Shown: positions 27,289 through 39,775 of the stretch, one piece after another
Layout: each line of letters opens with the position of its first letter
Numbering within the stretch: position 1 is the stretch's first letter
Source of the DNA: Chiloscyllium plagiosum
Taxonomy: Eukaryota
DNA length: 64,000 nt
Direction of reading: 5' to 3'
Assembly: GCF_004010195.1 (NCBI RefSeq)
Contig: NC_057718.1
Coordinates: 65,225,811-65,289,810, forward strand
Position numbers and translations under genes: made by a program
The notes under the pieces: generated by a model
What the model saw: the letters and a program-made list of their open reading frames with translations, nothing else
Databases searched by the model: none
What the model was told of the DNA's origin: nothing

Positions 27289-30223
27289 TGTGGCAGGGGG
27301 CTGGGAACCAGAAGAGAAAACAAATAGGCAGTGAGGTGGAGACTGGAGACTGTAAGAATTATGAAGATAGAATTAATAAAGGGAAGAATAGGCAGAGAGC
27401 AGGTGAGCGCAAAAGCACTGGTGGCCTGAAATGCATCTACTTTAATGCAAGGAGTATAGTGTGTAAGGCAGATGAACACAAGGCTTGGATTGGTGCAATT
27501 GACATTATTGCCATCACGGAGACTTGGTTGAAGGAAGGACATGATGATTGGCAACTAAATGTTCCAGAATATAGACGTTTCAGACAGGACAGGGAGGGAA
27601 GTAAAAGAGGGGGTGGAGTTGCATTGCTGGTCAGGGACGATATCACGGCTGTGCGAAAGGAGCACACTATGGCAGTCTTGGTAGTGAGGCATTATGGGTG
27701 GAGCTGAGAAATAAGAAGGGTGCAGTTACATTGTTGGGGCTGTATTACAGATCTTCCAACAGTGAGTGTGAGGTAGAAGAACAAATAGGTAAACAGATTA
27801 TGAATAGATGTAGAGGCAATAGGGTAGTGGTGATGGAACATTTTAATTTTCCCAACACTGACTGGGATACACTTAGCGTCAGAGATCTGGATGGGATAGA
27901 ATTTGTACAAAGCGTCCAGGAGAGTTTTCTAGAGCAGTATGTCAATAGTCCGATGAGGGAAGGGGCCATATTGGACCTGGTACTGGGGAACGAGCCAGGA
28001 CAAGTGGTATAAGTTGCGGTGGGGGATTTCTTTGGGAACAGTGACCACAATTCTATAAGTTTTAGAATACTCATAGATAAAGAAGAGAGTGGTCCTAAGG
28101 GAAGAGTACTAAACTGGGCCAAGACCAATTATATCAAAATTAGGCAGGAGCTGGGAGCTGTGGATTGGACACAGCTATTTGAAGGGAAGTCCACATTTGA
28201 GATGTAGGAGGCTTTCAAAGGTAGGTTAACTGCAATGCAGGATAGGCATGTCTTGTTGAAGGTAAAGGAAAGGAAGGGCAAGATTCATGAACCGTAGATA
28301 ACAGGAGAAATTATACAACAAGCCAAGAGGAAAAGGGAAGCGTACATAAGATCTCGGCAGCTGAGAACAGAACTGGAGGAATATCGGAAGAGTAGGACAA
28401 GTCTTAAACGAGGAATCAAGCGGGCTAAAAGGGGTCATGAAATAGCTTTAGCTCGAAGAATTAAGGAAAATCACAAAGCATTTTATTCTTATATAAGAAG
28501 CAAGCGGGTAACTAGAGAAAGGATTGGTCCACTAACAGATAATAAAGAAAGGCTGTGTGCCGAACATGAGAGAATGGGTGAAATTCTGAATGGTTACTTT
28601 GCATCAGTGTTCACTGAGGAGAGGAACATGATGAATCTTGAGATTAGAGATAGAAGTTTGATTAGAAGTTGGATCACATCGGCCTAGGTAGGGAAGATGT
28701 GTTGGGTATGCTAGAGGTTATTAAGGTGGACAAATCCCCAGGGCCGGATGGGATTTACTCCAGGTTGCTGAGGGAAGCGAGAGAGGAAATAGCTGAGGCC
28801 CTGACAGATATCTTTGCGGCATCCATAAATACAGGTGAGGTGCTGGAGGACTAGAAGGTTGCTCATGTTGTCCCCCTGTACAAGAAGGGTAGTAGGGACA
28901 TTCCGGGAAACTGCAGACCAGTGAGCCTGATGTCGGTGGTGGGGAAGTTGCTGGAGAAGGTACTGAGAGATAGGATCTATTCATATTTGGAAAGGAATGA
29001 GCTTATCAGTGATGGGCAACATGGTTTTGTGTGGGGGAGATCATGCCTTACCAACTTGATAGAGTTCTTTGAGGAAGTGACCAAGTTGTTAGATGAAGAA
29101 AGGGCTGTTGATGTCATAGACATGGACTTTAGCAAGGTGTTTGATAAGGTTCTTCATTGTAGACTAATGGAGAAAGTGAAGTCACATAGTGTGCAGGGTG
29201 TTCTAGCTAGGTGGATAAAGAACTGGTTGAGCAATAGGAGACGGAGAGTAGTAGTTGAAGGGAGTTTCTTGAAATGGAGAAAGATGACCAGTGGTGTTCC
29301 ACAGGGGTCAGTATTGGGGCCACTGTTGTTTGTAATATACATAAATGATCTGGAAGAGGGCACTGTTGGTATGATCAGCAAGTTTGCAGATGACACAAAG
29401 ATTGGTGGAGTAGCAGAAAGCATAAGGGACTGTCAGAGAATACAGGAGGATATAGATAGACTGGAGAGTTGGGCGGAAAAGTGGCAGATGGCTTTCAATC
29501 CAGACAAATGTGAGGTGATACATTTAGGCAAGACTAATTCTCGAGCAAATTATATAATGAATGGAAGAGCCTTGGGAAAAGTTGATGGGCAAAGAGATCT
29601 GGGAGTGCAGGTCCATTGTACCCTGAAGGTTGCTGCACTGGTGGATAGAGTGGTCAAGAAGGTATATAGTATGCTTGCCTTCATCGGACGGGTATTGAGT
29701 ATAAGAGCTGCAAGTCATGTTAAAATTCTACAAGACATTGGTTCAGCCACATTTAGAATACTGTGTACAGTTCTGGTCGCCACATTACCAAAGGATGTGG
29801 ACGTTTTGGAGAGGGTGCAGAGAAGGTTTACGAGGATGTTGCCTGGTATGGAAGGTGCTAGCTATGAAGAGAGATTGAGTAGGTTAGGTTTATTTTCATT
29901 AGAAAAAAGGAGATTGAGGGGGGACCCTGATTGAGGTTTACAAAATTATGAAGGGTATAGACAGGGTAGATAGAGACAAGCTTTTTCCCAGGGTGAAGGA
30001 TTCAATAACGAGAGGTCATGCTTTCAAGGTGAGAGGTGGAAAGTTTAAGGGGGATACACGTGGCAAGTACTTCACACAGAGGGTGGTGGACGTATGGAAC
30101 GCATTGCCAGCAGAGGTGGTAGAGGCAGGCTTGGTAGATTCATGTAAGATGCGTCTGGACAGAGGAATGAGTAGGTGGGGAGCAGAGGGATACAGATGCT
30201 TAGGAATTGACCGACAGGTTTAG
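27288..30223 (+). pseudogene. CR1 ORF2 (APE endonuclease plus reverse transcriptase), with several stops and frameshifts
   Basis: CIYFNARSI, IIAITETWL, GGGVALLV, SDHNSI, KSPGPDGI, QHGF..GRSCLTNL, SGVPQGSVLGP, KFADDTK. Confidence 0.95.
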
Positions 30224-30550
30224 ACAGTACATTTGGATCGGCTCAGGCTTGGAGGGCCGAAGGGCCTGTTCCTGAGCTGTAAATTTTCTTTGTTCTTTGT
30301 TCTATCGTCTTAGCCTGCTCCTGCCCCACTGAACTCATTTCCACCTACCTCAATACTGTCCTATCTCCCCAGGAACTCCCCATATACGTTCAGGGCACCA
30401 CCCACACCCTCCACATCCCCCAAGATGTCCACTTCACCAGCCCTCAACGCCTCATCTTCACCATGGACAACCAGTCCCTCTACACCTCCATCAGCCATGA
30501 CCAGGGCCTCCAAATCCTCCATTTCTTCCTCTCCTGTTGTCCCCACCAGT

Positions 30551-30826
30551 CCTAGGATGATGATGTCAGCTTGTACGAGGGTGCATAACTACAAATTGAG
30601 GGGTGATAGATTTAAGACAGATGTCAGAGGCAGGTTCTTTACTCAGAGAGTGGTAAGGGTGTGGAATGCCCTACCTGCCAATGTAGTTAACTCAGCCACA
30701 ATCCTTGGATAAGCACATGAATGATGATGGGATAGTGTAGGGGGATGAGCTGAGAATAGTTCACAGGTCGCTGCAACATCGAGAGCCAAAGGGCTTGTTC
30801 TGCACTGTATTGTTCTATGTTCTATG
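30551..30826 (+). mobile_element. Short 5'-truncated CR1 3' end inserted in the Penelope RT
   Basis: HNYKLRGDRFKTDVRGRFFTQRVVRVWNALP; tail (ttctatg)n; Penelope frame resumes at YPSTD. Confidence 0.9.
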
Positions 30827-32732
30827 TACCCTTCCACTGACACTCTTATTCGTTTGGCTGAAATGGTCCTCACCCTCAACAATTTCTCCTTCCAATCCTC
30901 CCACTTCCTCCAGACAAAAGGGGTAGCCATGAGCACCCGCATGGGCCTCAGCTATGCCTGTCTCTTTCTCGACTATGTAGAACAGTCGACCTTCAGTTAC
31001 ACCAACACCACTTCCCACCTTTTCCTCTGCTACATTGATGACTGTATTGGTGCCACCTTGTGCTCCCACGAGGAGGTTGAACAGTTCATCAACTTCACCA
31101 ACACATTCCACCCTGTCCTTAAATTCACCTGGACACTTTCTGACACCTCCCTCCCCTTCCTCGACCTCTCTATCTCCATCCACGAGGACCCATTCAACAC
31201 TGACACTTTTACAAACCCACCAACTCCCACAGCTACCTGAAGCACACTCCTCCCACCCTGCCTTCTGAAAAAATGCTATCCTGTATTCCCAAATCTTCCG
31301 CCTCTGCTGCATCTGCTCCCAGGAGGGCCAGTTACACCACAGAACACACCAGATGGTCTCTTTCTTTAAAGATCAAAACTTCCCCTCCCATGTGATTGAA
31401 CTTGCCCTCCAGCGCATCTCATCCACTTCCTGCACCTCCGCCCCTCACCTTCACCCAAGGCCCCAAAGGAGCCTTCCAAATCCATCAAAGTTTCATCTGC
31501 ATTTCCACACATATCATTTACTGTATTTGTTGCCCCCGATGCGGTCTCCTCTACATTGGGGAGACTGGACACCTACTCGCAGAGCGCTTAGAGAACATCT
31601 CCAGGACACCCGCACCAACCAATCCCATTGCCCCATGGCCGAACATTACAACTCCACCTCCCACTCTGCCAAGGATATGCAGGCCCTGGGCCTCCTCCAT
31701 CATCATTCCCTTCACATCTGACGCCTGGAGGAAGAACCCTCATCTTCTGCCTCAGGACCCTTCAACCCCACGGCATCAATGTGGATTTCAACAGTTTCCT
31801 CATTTCCCCTCCCTCCACCTTACCCCAGTTCCTACCTTCCAGCTCAGCACTGCCCTCATGACCTGTCCCACCTGTCAATCTTCCTTCCCACCTATCCACT
31901 CCACCCTCCTCTCCGACCTATCACCTTTACCCCCACCTCCATCCACCTATTGCACTCTCAGCTACCATCTACCCAGCCCCACACCCCTCCCATTTATGTC
32001 TCCACTCCCGAGGCTCCCAGCTTCATTCCTGATGAAGGGTTCCAACCTGAAATGTCGATTCTCCTGCTCCTCGGATGCTGCCTGACCTGCTGTGCGTTTC
32101 CAGCAGCACACTCTCAACTCTGATCTCCAGCATCTGCAGACCTCACTGTCTGCTAGAGACTAGATATCCAAGTTATATGTCCTATCAAAAGGACAAGCAA
32201 ATGGAAAGAATGAGGTGGGTTGCTTTGTTCGTAAGAAATGATATTAAATCAATAGCACGAAAGGATACAAGATTGGAATGCATAGAACCTGTATGGGTAG
32301 AATTGAGGAACCACAAGGGATAAAAGATCCTGGTGATAGTTATGTACAGAGTTGAAAAGTTGGCGCTGGAAAAAGCAAAGTAGGTCAAGCAGCATCAGGC
32401 TCATAAAGTAGTCAGGATGTGGAGAAGGAAATAAGTCAGGAGATAGAAAGATGTAGGAAAGGCACTATTACAATTATCAAGGGAGACTTCAATATATAGG
32501 TGGATTGGGTAAATCAGGGTGGTAGCAGATTTCAAGAAAAGGAATTTGTGCAATATCTATGAGATAGATTTTTGGAGCAGCTTGTGATAGAGCCCACTAT
32601 GGCACAAGCAATTCTGCATTTGGTGATGAAGCAGACTTGATAGGGACCTTAAGATGAAGGAACTCCCAGGGGTCAGTGACCATAACATGATAGAATTCAT
32701 CCTGCAACTTGAGAGGAAGAACTTTGAGAGAA

Positions 32733-33420
32733 GGGGGCAATGAGGCTAGCAGTGCTGCCTTGCAATGCCGGGGACCCAGGTTTGATTCCATCCTCGGGCG
32801 ACTGTCTGTGTGGAGTTTGCACATTCTCCCCGTGTGCATGGGGAGGTCATGCCTGATAAATCTGTTAGAATTCTTTGAGGGGTTAGCAAGCAAGTTAGAC
32901 AAAGGAAAGCCAGTGGATGCGATCTATTTGGATTTCCAGAAGGCCTTTGGCAAGGCATCGCACAGGAAGCTGCTAAATAATATAAAAGCCCAGAGTGTTA
33001 AAGAGAAAAGTGCAGAAATGGATAGAGAATTGGCTGACTGGCAGAAGGCAGAGAGCAGGGATAAAGAGGTATTTTTCAGGATGGCAACCGATGACTAGTG
33101 GAGTCAGTGTTGAGACCACATCTATTCACGTATGCCTTAATGATCTGGAGGAAGGTATTGAGGACATTGTTGCAAAGTTTGCAGATGATGCTCCATGTGC
33201 TCCAGTTACCTGCCACAATCTAAAGATATGCAATTCAGGTGGATTGGCCATACTAAATTGCCCATAGTGTCCAAGGATGTGCAAGCTGGGTGAATTAGCC
33301 AGAGGAAATGCAAGATCACAGTATGGGTGTGAGTCTGGATGGGATGTTTTTTGGAGGGTCGACTTGGACTCGATGGGCCAAATGGCCTGCTTCCACACTG
33401 TCGGGATTCCATGATTCTAT
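32733..33420 (+). mobile_element. HE1 (V-SINE) split by a 352-bp CR1 RT copy (32840-33191)
   Basis: 5' half gggacccaggtttgattcc...gtggagtttgcacattctccccgtgt; 3' half ctcc..gtgctcc...ggattggccatactaaattgcccatagtg. Confidence 0.9.
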
Positions 33421-34049
33421 GTAATGGTTTTACAATTGAGTAAAGATAACTAGAAAGACATGAGGGAAGAGCAGGCCAGAGTTGACTGGAACAGTAGCCT
33501 AGCAGGGAAAATGGTGGAGCAGCAATGGCAGGAGTTTCTTGGGATAATTCAGGAAGAACAGCAGAAATTCATCCTAAGGAAAAAGAAACATACTAAGGGG
33601 AGGATGAGGCAGCCATTGCTGACAAGGGAAACAGGGACAGCATAAAATCAGAAGACAAAAATACAATGTGATGAAGATACGTGGGAAACGAAAGGATTGG
33701 GAAGTATTTAAAAACCACAGAGTACAACTAAAAAGAAACAATAAAGGGGCAGAAGATAAAATATCAGGGTAAGCTAGTTAGTAACATAAAAGAAGATTGC
33801 AAGAGTTTTTATAGATATATGAAAAGTGAGAGTCAAGCAAAGGTGGACATTGGACCACTGGAAAATGAAGCTGGAAAAGTAACGATGGGGAATAGAAAAA
33901 TGGCAGAGAAGCTGAATAGATATTTTGCATCAGTTTTCACAGTGGAAGATACAAGCAGCATAACAGAACTTCAAGAGAGTCAGGGGGCAAAGGGGAGTGT
34001 AGTAACTATTACTAAGGAGAATATAAACACTATACAAAAAAATGAAAGC

Positions 34050-34145
34050 TTTCAAGAAGGGGCATTGGACCCAAAAGTTAACTCTGCTTTCTCTCCACAG
34101 ATTCTGCTGGATCTGCTGACTTTTCCTAGCAATTTCGGTTTTTGT
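34050..34145 (+). mobile_element. Short Penelope pLTR fragment
   Basis: tcaagaaggggcattggacccaaaagttaactctgc...acagattctgctggatctgctga, same family as 23490-23584. Confidence 0.7.
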
Positions 34146-35397
34146 TACTGAGGCAAAGATGCTAAGAAAGCTGAAAGGTCTGAAGGTGCAGAAATCACCG
34201 AGACCAGATGGACTACACCACAGAATACTGAAGGAGATAATTGAGGAGATTGTAAGTGCATTAGTGGTGAATTTTCAGGAAACACTGAAGTGAGCAGAGC
34301 GCTGGAGGACTGGAAAGTAGCTAATCTAATGCGCCTGTTTCAGAAGGGAGAAAGGCAGAAGAAAGGAAACTGTAGGCTGGTAAGCCTGAACCTAATCGTT
34401 GGTAATGTTTCAGACTCCATTATTAAGAATGAGAGTACCTGGAAGTGTATAGTAAAATAGGGCTGAGTCAGCACGGCTTCATTAAGGGAAGGTCATGCCT
34501 GATAAATCTGTTAGAATTCTTTGAGCGGTTAGCAAGCAAGTTGGACAAAGGAAGGCCAGTGGATGTGATCTATTTGGATTTCCAGAAGGCCTTTGGCAAG
34601 GCATCGCACAGGAAGCTGCTAAATAATATAAAAGCCCAGAGTGTTAAAGAGCAAGGTGCAGAAATGGATAGAGAATTGGCTGACTGGTAGAAGGCAGAGG
34701 GCAGGGATAAAGAGGTATTTTTCAGGATGGCAACCAATGACGAGTGGAGTCAGTGTTGAGACCACATCTATTCACATCTGCATTAACGATCTGGAGGAAG
34801 GTACTGAGGACCTTGTTACAAAGTTTGCAGATTATGCAAAAATAGCTGAAGGGACTGAGACTGTTGATGAAACAGAGAGGCTGCAGAAGGACTTGGACAG
34901 GTTAGGAGCGTGGGCAAAGAAGTGGCAGTTGGAATACAACATGCGAAAGGGTGAGATTATGCACCTTTGGTAGTCTATTTTCTAAGTGGGGAAAAGCTTC
35001 AGAAATCTGAAGCACAAAGGGACTTGGGAGTTCAAAATTCTCTGAAACTTAACATGCAGGTTCAGCTGGCGGTTGGGAAGGAAAATGCAATGTTATCATT
35101 CAATTTGAGACGGCTAGAGTACAAGAGCAAGAACACGTTTCTGAGGTTCTATAAGTCTCTGGTTAGACTTCATTTGGAATAGTGTCGAAGGAAGGATGTG
35201 TTAGCTTTGCAGGATGTCCAGAGGAGGCTTGCAAAAGTGATCCTGTGGATGGAGGGCTTGTCATATAAGGAGCATGTTAGAGCTGCCCATAAAATGACTT
35301 CCTGTAGTTTTTAACTGACATAAGATGGCCGAAGAGCATTGATAGTTGAGGCAGTATTCAGACAGTCAAAATCATGAATTTCGTGCTCAGATAAGAT

Positions 35398-35518
35398 CTA
35401 GATTAGATTAGATTAGATTATTTACAGTGTGGAAACAGGCCCTTCGGCCCAACAAGTCCACACTGATCCGCCGAAGCGTAACCCACCCATTACCCTACAT
35501 TTACCTCTTACCTAACAC
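35398..35518 (-). mobile_element. HE1 SINE 3' end with (gatta)n tail
   Basis: gattagattagattagatt...gtggaaacaggcccttcggcccaacaagtccacac matches rc of 62455-62533. Confidence 0.85.
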
Positions 35519-35520
35519 AT

Positions 35521-35548
35521 CTGATGAAGGGCTTATGCCCGAAACGTC
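35521..35548 (+). ncRNA. Minimal type-I hammerhead ribozyme motif at the start of a Penelope pLTR fragment (35521-35612)
   Basis: CUGAUGA-A-GGGC(UUAU)GCCC-GAAA-CG-UC; conserved core, 4-bp stem II, palindromic ACGU helix III; stem I weak. Confidence 0.7.
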
Positions 35549-35944
35549 GATTCTCCTGCTTCTCAGATGCTGCCTGACCTGCTATGCTTTCCCAGCAACA
35601 CACTCTCAACTAAAATCATTAAGTGTTTCATATAATTTAAGTTAATTTAAATTTAATATGGAATAGAGGAGAAAGCTTGACTCACTTAGTTAAGAACTTT
35701 CAGTGATTATTATTGTACACATTCATTTCTATTCAGACAATAATAGTTGCAATCTTCAGACGTTTAGTGCATTACACACCAAGAATTTAGTTAGATTCCT
35801 GGAGATACATTCAAAAAACCTAGACTAACTTGTCCAAATTTTGTTATTTAGAAAAGGATAGAAGGAAAAGTCTGATCCCACCATAATTGATACATTTTAG
35901 GCAGTTTCTACTACATAATAAGTAATCTATATGGGTGTGGAGAC

Positions 35945-37250
35945 CAAGTCATTGACTGCATTTAGGACAGAAATAAACATGTACTTGATTGGTAAGGGGA
36001 TCAAGGGTACTGGGAGAAGACTGGAGAACGGGATTGCAAAACATATCAGCCATGATCAAAAGGCAGAGCAGACTCAATGAATCGAATGGTCTAACTGCCT
36101 TTGACAAGGTGCTGCACATGAGGCCACCGAGTAAGGTAAGGGGCCATGCTGTCAGAGGCAAGGAGTTTGCCTGGATAGAAGATTGGCTGTCTGGCAGAAA
36201 GCAGAGAGTGGGGATAAAATGGTCTTTCTCAGGATGGCAGTGGTGTTCCTCTCAGTGTTGGGACTACAATTTTCACTTTATACATTAATGATCTGGATGA
36301 AGGAACTAAGGGCGTTCTAGTTAGATTTTCAGATGATACAAAGATAGATAAATGGACAGTAGCACTGAGGAGGCAGGGAGGCTATAGAAGGATTTGGACA
36401 GGTGAGGAGAGTGGGCAAAGAAGTGACAGATGGAGTACAATGTGGGGAAGTGTGAGGTTATACGCTTTAGTAGGAGAAATAGAGACTGGACTATTTTCTA
36501 AATAGGGAGAAAATACAGAAGTCTGAAGTGCAAAGAGACTTGGGAGTTTAGTCCAGGATTCTCTCAAGGTAAACTTGCAAGCTGAGTCAATAAATAGGAA
36601 GGCAAATGCAATGATGGCATTTATTTTGAGAGGACTTGAATATAAAAGCAGGGATGTACTTCTGAGACTTTATAGGGCTCTGGTCAGCCCACAGTAATTT
36701 GGAGTATTGTGTGCAGGTTTGGACCCCATATACTGGCCATATTCAAGGATATACTGGCCCTAAAACGTGTTCATCGGAGGTTCACGAGAATGGTCCCAGG
36801 AATGAAAAGCTCAACATTTTGTTAAGGGGGGATCTAATTGAAGCATAGAGAATACTGAATGACCTGGACAAAGTAGATGTTGGGAAGATGTTTCCATTGG
36901 TAGGAGATTATAAGATCTGAGGGCACAGCCTTTGAGTAAAGGGAAGACCTTTTAAACAGAGATAAGGAGAAACTTCTTCCACCAGGGAGTGGTAAATCTA
37001 TGGAATTCATTGCCACAGAAGGCTGTAAAGGATAGGTCATTGAGTGTATTTAAGACAGAGATAGATAGGTTCTTGAGAATCAAGGGAATCAAGGGTTATG
37101 GAAAAAAAGAGGGAGAATGGAGTTGAGCAACTTATCAGCCATGACTAAATGGTAGAGCAAACTCGATGGGCTGATTGGCCTAATTTCTGCTCTTATGTCT
37201 TATGATCTTATGGTCTAATTCTGTTCCTTTAACATATGGCTTTATGGTAT
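35945..37250 (+). mobile_element. CR1 RT/3' fragment (about 36095-37218) inserted in the tail of another CR1
   Basis: AFDKVLH...WIEDWLSGRKQRVGI; (cttatggt)-type tail; atggtctaa on both sides. Confidence 0.85.
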
Positions 37251-37254
37251 TAAA

Positions 37255-37535
37255 CCCTATTGGCCATGAGGTCACATTAAAGTGGGTCTGGAGTCACGTG
37301 TAGGCTGGACCAAGTAAGGATAGCAGTTTCCTTCCCTGAAGAGTGTTAGTGAACCAAATAGGTTTTCCTGACAAATGACACTGGTTTCAAGGTTATCACT
37401 GGGCTCTTAATTACAGATTTTTAAACATTACCATTTTATCAAACTCCACCATCAGCCATGACAGGATTCAAACCTAGGTCACCAGAACTTTAGTTGGGTG
37501 TCTGGATCAATAATCTAGTGATAATACCACTATGC
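37255..37535 (-). mobile_element. Shark tRNA-derived SINE (family not named)
   Basis: rc of ggttcactaa...agggaaggaaactgctatccttac..ggtc...cctac...tgactccagaccc; homologous to 51395-51665. Confidence 0.7.
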
Positions 37536-37554
37536 CACTATTTCATTCCTCCAA

Positions 37555-39775
37555 CAGAGACTACTGATGAAAGTAACTTAGACTTAAAGAGAGCAGTTGA
37601 AATAGGAGTCTAAATTGAACTAGTAGCCAAAGGAGCCCAACTGCTAAGCTTGAGCATTAGAGTTCAAAACATGATAGCTGAGAGATTCACAAGTGGTGGT
37701 TGAGAGACCAGCACCAAGCAGACTCAAAACTACCATCAATGTGGAAGAACAAGTCATGCAGCAGCAAATTGCTGATATAAAGAAGTTGTGATGTTCTGCA
37801 AGAATCATTGCTGGGACCTCTTGTTTATATGTATAAATGATTTAGATGAAAGTGTAGGTGGCTGATTAGTAAGCTTGCAGATGACACAAAAATTAGTGGA
37901 GTCAAAGGATAAAGCAGGATATAGATTAGATGGAAAGCTGAGTAGAGAAATGGTAGATGGAGTTTAATCCGGGCAAATGTGAAATGATACATTTTTGGAT
38001 GTCAAATACAAGAGGAAAGTATATAGCAAATGGCGGGACCCTTAGGAACATTGATATACAGATGGATCTTAGGATGCAAGTCATGTTGTAGCTTACAAAA
38101 GTTTAGTTCGACCATATTTGTAATATTGCACACAGTTCAGGTCGCCATTAGGAATGACGTAGAAGCTTTGGAAAGGGTGCAAAAGAGATTTACCAAGATG
38201 TTGTCTGGATTGCAGTTTATTATCCAAAAGAAAAGTCTCAACAAACTTGGATTGTTTTCACTAGAGCATCACAGGCTGAGGAACAACCTGATAAAAGTAT
38301 CTTAAATTATTCGAGTCATGAATGGGTTGAATAGTCAGTCTTTTCCCAGGATGGAAATGTCAAATACTAAGGAGCATAGGTTTAAGATAAGAGGGGGAAA
38401 GTTTAAAGGAGAGGTACAAGGCAGGTTTTTATTTACAGTGTGTGGAAGGTACCTGGAACATGCTGCCAGCAGAGGTACTAGAAGCAGAAATGATAGCAAC
38501 ATTTAAGATGCATTTAGAAGACACAATAACAGCTGTTACTGAAGATACTGTTTATTACCTGTGACATCTACCAATACTGAACATTATTGAATGGCAAATG
38601 AATCTGAATGGAGTTGGAGGCTGGATTGGTGGTTTCTTTGATGCCTGAAAATGTGTATCAGAATTAGCTGAGTTGAACTGCACTGCAACCCTCTAATTGC
38701 ACTAAGAATGTTCACAGGAAAAGTGATACCTTTAGGATTTGTATCAATGTGAATGTTCAGCTATTCTGTCAGGCTGAAGATTTGTACTTAGACATTATTG
38801 AAGGAAATTTCCATCTTTATTGCAAAGAATGTGGTTGGAGAAAATCAAACTCAATGGGGCTGAAATAAATGCTTGTCAGATTCTGAGACTGATCTGTCAC
38901 AAATTGTAAAGAAACATGCCATTGTTTTTAATGGGAATCTGGGAAGATTCGAAAGGATCTCTTTCAAATTGAAAATCAAAGATCAGAATCAAGCAAAATG
39001 TTGCCTGGCTAGATCAATGCTTTATGCAATCAGATGAAAGACTAAGGCAGAAATCAGACTCAACGAGCAGTATGAATTGAACTAGGAGAGCACTTTACTA
39101 AGCCTTACAATTAATTTGCTTGGGAATATTGACAGTAACCACTACTCATGTGACATCACTGATGCACAATAAAGTGTTCACCTGAGTGCAGCCTTACCTG
39201 CAACCTTCAAGCACAAGCTTAAGGATGAAGAAGCTCAAGGGGATGATACTGACATCCTACATTGTTAAGTTAATCGATCAAATACAGCAGTACAGTGGAC
39301 AAAAGGATCCACTCTACTTCAGCCTAATCACAAATATGAAATGAAGCAAAAAGGATCCAATTGAGCTAGTTATTCATGAACTTAAACTAAAGGTTAATGA
39401 AGGATACACTTGCAACATTGGAGACCCAGAAACCAGTTCTTCTTGCAAGTTCATGCCCTTCTGGTGTTTTTCAAACAATGTTTTGGAGCAAGGAAATTGA
39501 TGAAGGTAGTACGCCACTCTATGGTGTGAACTTGACTAAGTCTGATGCTGCCATACACTGGAGAAAGGGGATTGCAGTGTTTCGTCCCTGTGACAGATCT
39601 GAAGTAAAGTAAGTGGGTTCTATTGATGAACCATCAATCCACAATCTGAAATGAGAGGATGTGAGAGAACCATATCTGTGGTCCAGGAAATCAACAGACC
39701 ACAACTTCCCTTAAAGCGAAAGAAAAGCCGGTAGACTTCATGAAATCCTAGGATGACATTGTGGGGGAAGGGAGC
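37555..39775 (+). mobile_element. Degraded Gypsy LTR retrotransposon internal region, interrupted by CR1 at 37805-38525
   Basis: gag LKRAVEI and CGRTSHAAANC knuckle; protease-like LNGK..MELEAGLVVSLMPE; LARSMLYAIR; RNase H-like KPVLLASS. Confidence 0.6.
37805..38525 (+). mobile_element. CR1 LINE RT/3' fragment
   Basis: SKLADDTK; DVEALERVQKRFTKML; LGLFSLE. Confidence 0.85.

Larger units (their letters stand above)
26081..30303 (+). mobile_element. Near-full-length young CR1 LINE (5' UTR, ORF1, ORF2, 3' tail), inactivated
   Basis: Complete domain order; tail (ttctttg)n; interrupts Penelope RT exactly between RP and IV. Confidence 0.95.
25924..32151 (+). mobile_element. Penelope-like retroelement (RT, GIY-YIG, pLTR) split by two CR1 insertions
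   Basis: SKIHKHDHPDRP | IV.ACSCPTELISTYL; YPSTDTLIRLAEMVLTLNNFSF..QTKGVAM; LFLCYIDDCIG; IIYCICCPRCGLLYIGETG; pLTR with ctgatgaaggg. Confidence 0.92.
24830..35275 (+). mobile_element. Old CR1 LINE hosting a nested cluster; own sequence about 24830-25923 and 32152-35275
   Basis: ORF1 remnants (EPVVVVQIGT, DRLHLN); APE split at LNIQG and resuming at 32152 with QKDKQ...WVALFVRN; RT with HGFIKGRSCLINLLEFFE, YLDFQKAF, KFADY. Confidence 0.85.

Noticed and set aside
28921..29934. 337-aa RT ORF as a retron, DGR or domesticated RT
   Set aside because: Ordinary CR1 ORF2 segment, with stops and frameshifts on both sides, inside a complete LINE
32840..34837. Template/variable repeat pair of a diversity-generating retroelement
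   Set aside because: Differences are ordinary substitutions, not adenine-specific, and both copies are dead CR1 sequence
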